A DNA stretch of 64,000 nucleotides from Lama guanicoe (Eukaryota). The notes beneath the pieces were generated by a model. The model ran no database searches. It saw nothing but the letters and a program-made list of their open reading frames with translations, and was not told where the DNA came from. Positions within the stretch are counted from its first letter, which is position 1, and the number at the start of each line of letters is the position of its first letter. This document shows, piece by piece, positions 58,339 to 64,000 of the stretch. A program made the translations under genes and the position numbers. The stretch spans positions 5,507,220-5,571,219 of the forward strand of contig MU054323.1 of NCBI GenBank assembly GCA_013239625.1, read 5' to 3'.

Positions 58339-60467
58339 GATGACAGATGAGAGTACCAAATTCCTGCTCAGAAGAGCCAGACCTTACAAATATTTCTTGG
58401 TTGGGGTTAGGTTTAAAGCTGGGTTAAAATTAGAGCTTGAATCTACAGCAACAAGATTTACTTATAGTTAATGTCTGGATCGAGGTTATGGATTAGAAGC
58501 TGTTGAGAGCTGGTTCTGGGACAACGTTAAGAGTTTAGAATTATTGTCAGAGTCCAAATCAGCATCAGGAAAATAGCTTGGAAGTTCATTCAAAAGTAAT
58601 ATTTAGGTCTGAATTCAGATCTTCAAGAACGCTATCTTTAGGTTACTGACAAAGCCCAGAGGAAGGATGTACAGCCAGCCTGCGTTTTGAGTAGATATGA
58701 GGCAGGTTAATGTGTGTTGGCAAGCACAGATAAGAGTCTGGAAATGCATCTGGTGTCGATGAGTCCAAAAATCTAGAAGGCACGTGGTAGGTACAACTAC
58801 TGCCCAGAGCGGCTTTGCCCCCAGGTCCCTGGTGTTGCTGTGGCCATGAACAAGAATTCTAGGGTTTCAGACCTTTCCCCACCAGGGAATTGGCGCAGAA
58901 CCAGCCCTCCCACCCTGACCTGTTCACACTACCTATCCTCAAACCAGCAGCCTGCACCCCACAGAGAAAGTGGTGAGGACGGCCAAACCCCTATGCTTTA
59001 GCCTTGGTCCCGAACAGCCCTCATTCAAGTCTCTTTTCCCAGGCAGCTGGACTTGAATAACAGCCTCAAGGGAATTTGGGGGACAGTAAATGGTGAGCAC
59101 TGAGTCCCAAAACAAGAGGAGCAAAGAGCTGATCAGACTAATGGAAAACTTCCAGGACAGTGCTGGCCTCGCCCAGACACCACAACCCTCTCTACTCCAC
59201 TGGTGGCAGGTGGGCGCTGTCCCGTGGAGAGACCAAGGGAGCCCTGCAAGTAGAAGCAAACTGCAGAGTTTGATTCTGATGATTTAGCTGCGGAGAAACG
59301 CCAGGGATTCATTTCAGTCATCAGCGTGGGGACAACAAAGGAGAATGGGCCCCAATTAGGAACAGGCACACAACACAGCTCATCACACAGCACAGCGAGG
59401 AGCACAGGGCGACTCGGCCTCTTTCAGGGGCCCCCGCGTTGTAGAGGCTGTTCTCCACTCCCTCCTCAGACACCAGGGTCTGATTTGCACGACAAATACT
59501 CACACTCTTCCTAAAGCTTTCCGGGGAACCCTTTGAAACAAGCAATCAGAAAAGAAATCGCTTTTTCCCACAGGAAAAACATTACAATTGGAGGTACATT
59601 CCTTCCCAAAGCCAGTACAAGATAAGAAAGAGGACACGGGGACCTGGGTTCTGACCTAGAAAAGGCCACTCACTGTGCCGCGTGGAGAGACTGGCTCCTT
59701 TAGGACTCGCGCTGACATCTGTAAAATGGGGGTAGATTGTGACTCCGCCTCCTGGGGTACTGTGGCCACTAAAAGGGATCAATGCTGTAAAAGCCGGAGA
59801 GTTCAAGCAAACACATCAGTTACCTTCAGAGAGCGCACATGTGAGGTTCTCCAAGAGCCACGGCCTGGGGACGTGGCGGAGCGCAGACAAATCTCTGGAT
59901 GGCCCCTGGTCCTGCAGGAACAACTCCAGGGATAGGCCTCCTCCGAGGGGGGAACCTTTCCACTAACTGACCTCCCAGTCACCAAGGGCTCTCACCACGC
60001 AGACTGCCTGTGTCCTTCCCTAATTTGGGGCCATTTCTCCTTGTTGTTCCTACACTGATGACTGAAATTAATCCCTGGCATTTCCCAGCAGCTAAATCAT
60101 CATAATCAAACTCTGCAGCTGCCAGATCTGCTGACTCAAACCCCCTATGTATTCATATGATATTTGCCGGGTAATTACAGAATAGAGGTAATTATATTCA
60201 TGACTCCATTACTTTCATAATTCCAGAGACCCAGAAATCACTGAAAAAAAAATTCTCCCAGGGCCCAGAGAAGAAATTCCTTCATAACTACCCTAACTTA
60301 GCTCTTATCCTGTTTGCCTTCTCACATAGTTCTTTCTTCCCGCTCAGCAGCAGCGCCTCCTGAGTTCCTCAATGAAGAGAGAAACCAGGGAGATGAACGC
60401 AGACCAGGACAGGGTGGCTCACGCTGGGTGAAAACCAGAAAGACCTTGAGTTGACTAAACCAAAGTG

Positions 60468-60884
60468 CATGAGTTATAGTAACGCCAGCTCTTACACTAG
60501 GTAAGTGAAATCCCCATGAATTCTCAGGGGCTTAACACAATGAAAATGCATTTCCCATTCATGTCACTGTCCAATTAGGGTGCTCCTGGTCAGGTACCTC
60601 ATGGACCCAGGCTCCTTCCATCTTGTGGCTCTGCCCACTCTAAGTCCTTCAAATGTTTCCAATCAGCTGACATGTGGAGAGAGACTTTTTTTTACTCCCT
60701 TGGTCCAGACATGATACTCATCAACTTGGCTAACATTTCTATTGGTAACAGCTCATCTCCAGGTCGCCACCCAAACACGAGGGTATTGGTGGGTGTAGCC
60801 CTCACGGGACAGCCCCTCCCACCAACAGTTCTATGCTCCAGCACAGAACACACATCTTGGTGGTTAGTTGGCCACTTCTGCCAC
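60468..60884 (-). mobile_element. Old MaLR LTR (MLT1K-like)
   Basis: 'tctcaggggcttaacacaat', 'ggacccaggctccttccatcttgtggctctgcc', 'atcttggtggttagttggccacttctgccac'. Confidence 0.75.
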
Positions 60885-63599
60885 TGATAATACTAGCAGG
60901 GCATGGGTGACAGGCCAAGGTATTTGTGAAATGATGGACCACTGCATGCTGCCATGCAATGCAAATTAATGTGATAAAACAAATAACCTAAAGAGATGGC
61001 AAAGAAAGTTCACTGTCCGCCTTCTGTGAATGTAGCATCCAAAAAAGATCCCCTCACCATCCATGTCCAAATGGAACCCTATAGCTCTTCTCGGGCAGAT
61101 TTATTGCTCCCTCCCATGTCCCACTCCCTACCCTGTCTTTTTTGCATGTTGTCACCGATGGTTTGAACCATCGGTGCTTCTCAAACAAGCAAGGAATCTG
61201 GTCATCAGTCAAAGGGACAGGCAGGGTGACCACTGAGCCTGAAGAAACTGGAGGAGGCAGGTTGCGAAGGTGAAACTCAGGAATCAGGATGCAGTCAAGT
61301 CCCACAGATGGAACCCTGAGGACCGCTCCTAGGAACACTTGTCCCAAGTTTGACGGCAGCCAAGGAGGCCCAGCAGCATAGACACACGAGGGCATGGCAG
61401 GGTGACTGGGCCCATGGGCCCTGGAAAGCCACAGGAAGGGCCCTGTAGCTGCTTATAGATTCAGAAGGAATCCCCCAGGACTGAGCACGTGGTCGGCAGC
61501 ACCAGTGAGCCTGCCTGTGAGCAGCTTAGGGTGGGGGCAGGGGTGCTGAAACTAAGTCAGGACTGGCAATGAGGCCAAGCGAAAGAGCAGCTCATAGAAG
61601 GGGCCCACAGGAAGCATCTCACTCACAGCAGAGTAGCCTGTTAGACCCGAGTCCATTGCCCAATAGATGGGTGGTCCGCCCTACCCCCGGCAAACCCGTA
61701 AATACTCACAGGAATTCTTTCTCGTTTTTGAAACTCCAACCTAATGACTCTCCTATATTTCCTATACTGAATTTTCCACTTCAGCAGTTTTCTTTTTGTT
61801 TGTTCCAGAAAAAGGATATGATTAAGTTTTACTGGGCTTTTTACACTTGAAAACCACTACAACAAAATACAGCTTTTCCCCAGAATTGCCCTGGTGGCTG
61901 GTCAGACCAACCCACAAGGGGACAGTGTGACCACACCAAGCCCCAGCTCCTGAGAGCCAAGGGCAATCACCTCTCCCCAGCAGAGTGCTCTCATGAGACA
62001 GTGAGAAGGCAGGGCACGTCTAGGGCAAGAATAAGAACCCTCCAATTCATAAGCCATCCTCCAAAACATGATCTGACCTTGTCAACTTTCTCAACTGGGA
62101 AACCCTTGGGATTTCCAAAACACTGGTGGAAAGTGTTTTTTGAGTGGCATCACAATTTTTTTTTCAAAATGCAACATTTAGAAGCACCTATTAATCAGCA
62201 ATAACAAACAGGTCTAGTTTTTTTCCTTTTTTTAATCCCGCTTCAAGCAGAAGGAAATGGGCTTGCCACTGCCCTCCCTCTCCAGAGCCGCCCCCTTCGT
62301 GCACCACCCGTTACTGCAGATACATTGTGTCCCATCACCCAGAACGCAAGTATCCTGTGTCCTCAGCCATTATGGGGCACAGCTGAGAAAAGAAAGGCGT
62401 TAAAAAGGCAGCCGAGTGCCCAAGTGCGAGGCTCCGCCATCCAGGCAGAGATACACACGGAAGCCTCTCAGCCTTCTGGTCCCACCTCCACTTCAGCTCA
62501 GTGAGTTTTGTTCTTAGCCCACAGCACACGAGGACAGCTAACTGGGAAGGGGGCAGGAACGACCACAACAGGAGGCAGGGATGCTGGTAGCAATGAGAGT
62601 GGACAAACTAAAAGCACAGTCAGCTGGGTGGTTGATGCCGGAGCAAACAACCGAGGCTTGGCAGGCGCTGGAGGGTCTTGGAGGAGGAGTTCTGGCCTAA
62701 ATGGACAGAGGAACACAATCCAGTGTGGCAAAAAAACAAAGGAGCCAGTACTTGTGTTTGGAGGAAAGGCAGAGGAAAAAGGGGAGAGTGGAGAACGCAC
62801 CTCGAAGGCAAAGCATGGAAGGCAGACCCCGCAGGGACCCGCGTGCTCTAAACGGGAGATGTGACAAAGCGGTGTGTGGAGAATGCGTGGGAATCTGTGC
62901 CTGGGGATGGGGTGTTATGGAAGATACAGGACACGGGCTGCAAGGAGAGCTTCTGGGCCATAGGAGGTGTGGGGAGCACCCTAGGTTCTGAGCAGGGATG
63001 TCAAGGAGAGACGAAAGGCGGGCTGGGGAGTCCAGGGCTGTCAAATCCGTCATCACGTGACACAGAACAGCAGAGCCACGGGGTACCTGACACATCTTCA
63101 AATTCCCCTTCCTGCTCTTCACGCACTGAGTCTGAGACCCAGAATGGGGTGGGTGGTGGTACCTGGTCCACACTCTGACAACAGGCCAGTGTGACAGCCA
63201 GGGCTGGCTCTGAGACCCCGACTTCCCCATTCAGGAATCCACCTCTGCACTGGGCTGCCTCGAGCTCCCTCCCGCCCCCATCCAGCGGGTTTCCAGCATC
63301 CATCCTTGCCCTGTGCTGGGGTCAGCAGGATCTCCCATTACCCTGAGTTCACCCAGTGAGCTGGCCTCAACCATTTAGCCTTGACAGAAGCAGGCAGTGG
63401 GGCGCCTGCCCGGCTGGGGAGTTAGGAAGCTTCCTTAATCATGCTTTCAGAGCACTTTGCGATGCAGAGATGAAAGACGTCTGAAGAGAGCAAAGTATAG
63501 CCATTACAATCTCCATCTTCCTAATTGAGGAAAATGAGGTTATTTCCGAATCCTCTGTGATGCAATGGGAAATGTGCTCGATAGGCCCACGCTTATGGC

Positions 63600-63850
63600 T
63601 GCCCTGACAAGGGCTCCTCGGGGCCGGCAGCACCCAGCTGCCCCGCTCCGGGTTAGGGCCCCACCATGTGGATGCGCCCCGGCTGCCCGGAGTCGCTCCT
63701 GATGCATCAGCCCCGGGAAGGGCAGCCTCGACACAACATCAAAGTCGGCGCCTTTGTGTGGCGTGAAGTCCTCCTCCTCTGCACTGAGTAATTGGAACAA
63801 AACGACCCAGGTAGTCTTGCTGTAACATCAAAGCTGCGTATAATAACCTC
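63600..63850. promoter_or_regulatory. CpG-rich candidate Wnt-responsive (TCF/LEF) enhancer
   Basis: AACATCAAAG at 63735-63744 and 63824-63833, CCTTTGTG at 63751-63758, and 13 CpGs counted in 63601-63775. No repeat recognised. Confidence 0.4.
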
Positions 63851-64000
63851 ACAGATGAATTCAAGAGTGAATACATTCACAGCCACTGCTCAAGTTTGAA
63901 GTATGCTGTGATTTTTTTCAGCTTCAGAACTGAGCAAGAAGAAAAAGAAAAATCACCAGCCATAGCTTTCTTTGTCAACGAGCTGCCTCCCCTTGCAGGC

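Noticed and set aside
59320..59340. REST/NRSE-like TCAGCGTGGGGACAAC
   Set aside because: Too many mismatches in the TCAGCACC half-site, and the spacing is wrong.
243..63800. The many 60-177 aa ORFs in the supplied track as protein-coding genes
   Set aside because: They are short, overlap on both strands, often start at non-ATG codons, often lie in repeats, and show no recognisable domain. This is what chance gives in mammalian non-coding DNA.
63540..63800. 86-aa minus-strand ORF in the CpG-rich block as a coding exon
   Set aside because: No ATG start, no recognisable family and no convincing splice boundaries. High GC content explains the open frame.
1..64000. CRISPR array, tRNA/rRNA genes, intact provirus, processed pseudogene or prokaryote-style operon
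   Set aside because: No regularly spaced repeats, cloverleaf or rRNA similarity, paired LTRs with gag/pol/env, or recognisable retrocopy were seen. The sequence is mammalian, and all LTRs appear solo or fragmentary.

Overview
Mammalian non-coding, repeat-rich DNA. I found no protein-coding gene, RNA gene, CRISPR array or new multi-gene system. The only ORF-track peptides I recognise are decayed LINE-1 ORF2 remnants. The window is a mosaic of old eutherian repeats: MIR, L2, L3/CR1, L1M, MaLR/ERV solo LTRs (MLT1, MLT2, MER21-like, MER34-like) and DNA transposons (MER5, MER33, MER46C-like, Charlie4-like). It also holds younger cetartiodactyl-type L1 3' ends. I saw no primate, rodent, carnivore, ruminant or pig SINEs, which suggests a camelid-like host (inference). 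The best-supported observations are multi-level nested insertions with readable target-site duplications (13.3-16.7 kb, 55.4-57.5 kb). The best regulatory candidates are a CpG-rich TCF/LEF cluster (63.6-63.85 kb), a motif-dense repeat-free block (41.0-42.3 kb), an Sp1 plus double-CCAAT promoter-like element (19.0 kb) and a CTCF-like site in an L2 relic (36.7 kb). Repeat family names come from remembered consensus sequences and were not searched. Boundaries are approximate unless a TSD is quoted.
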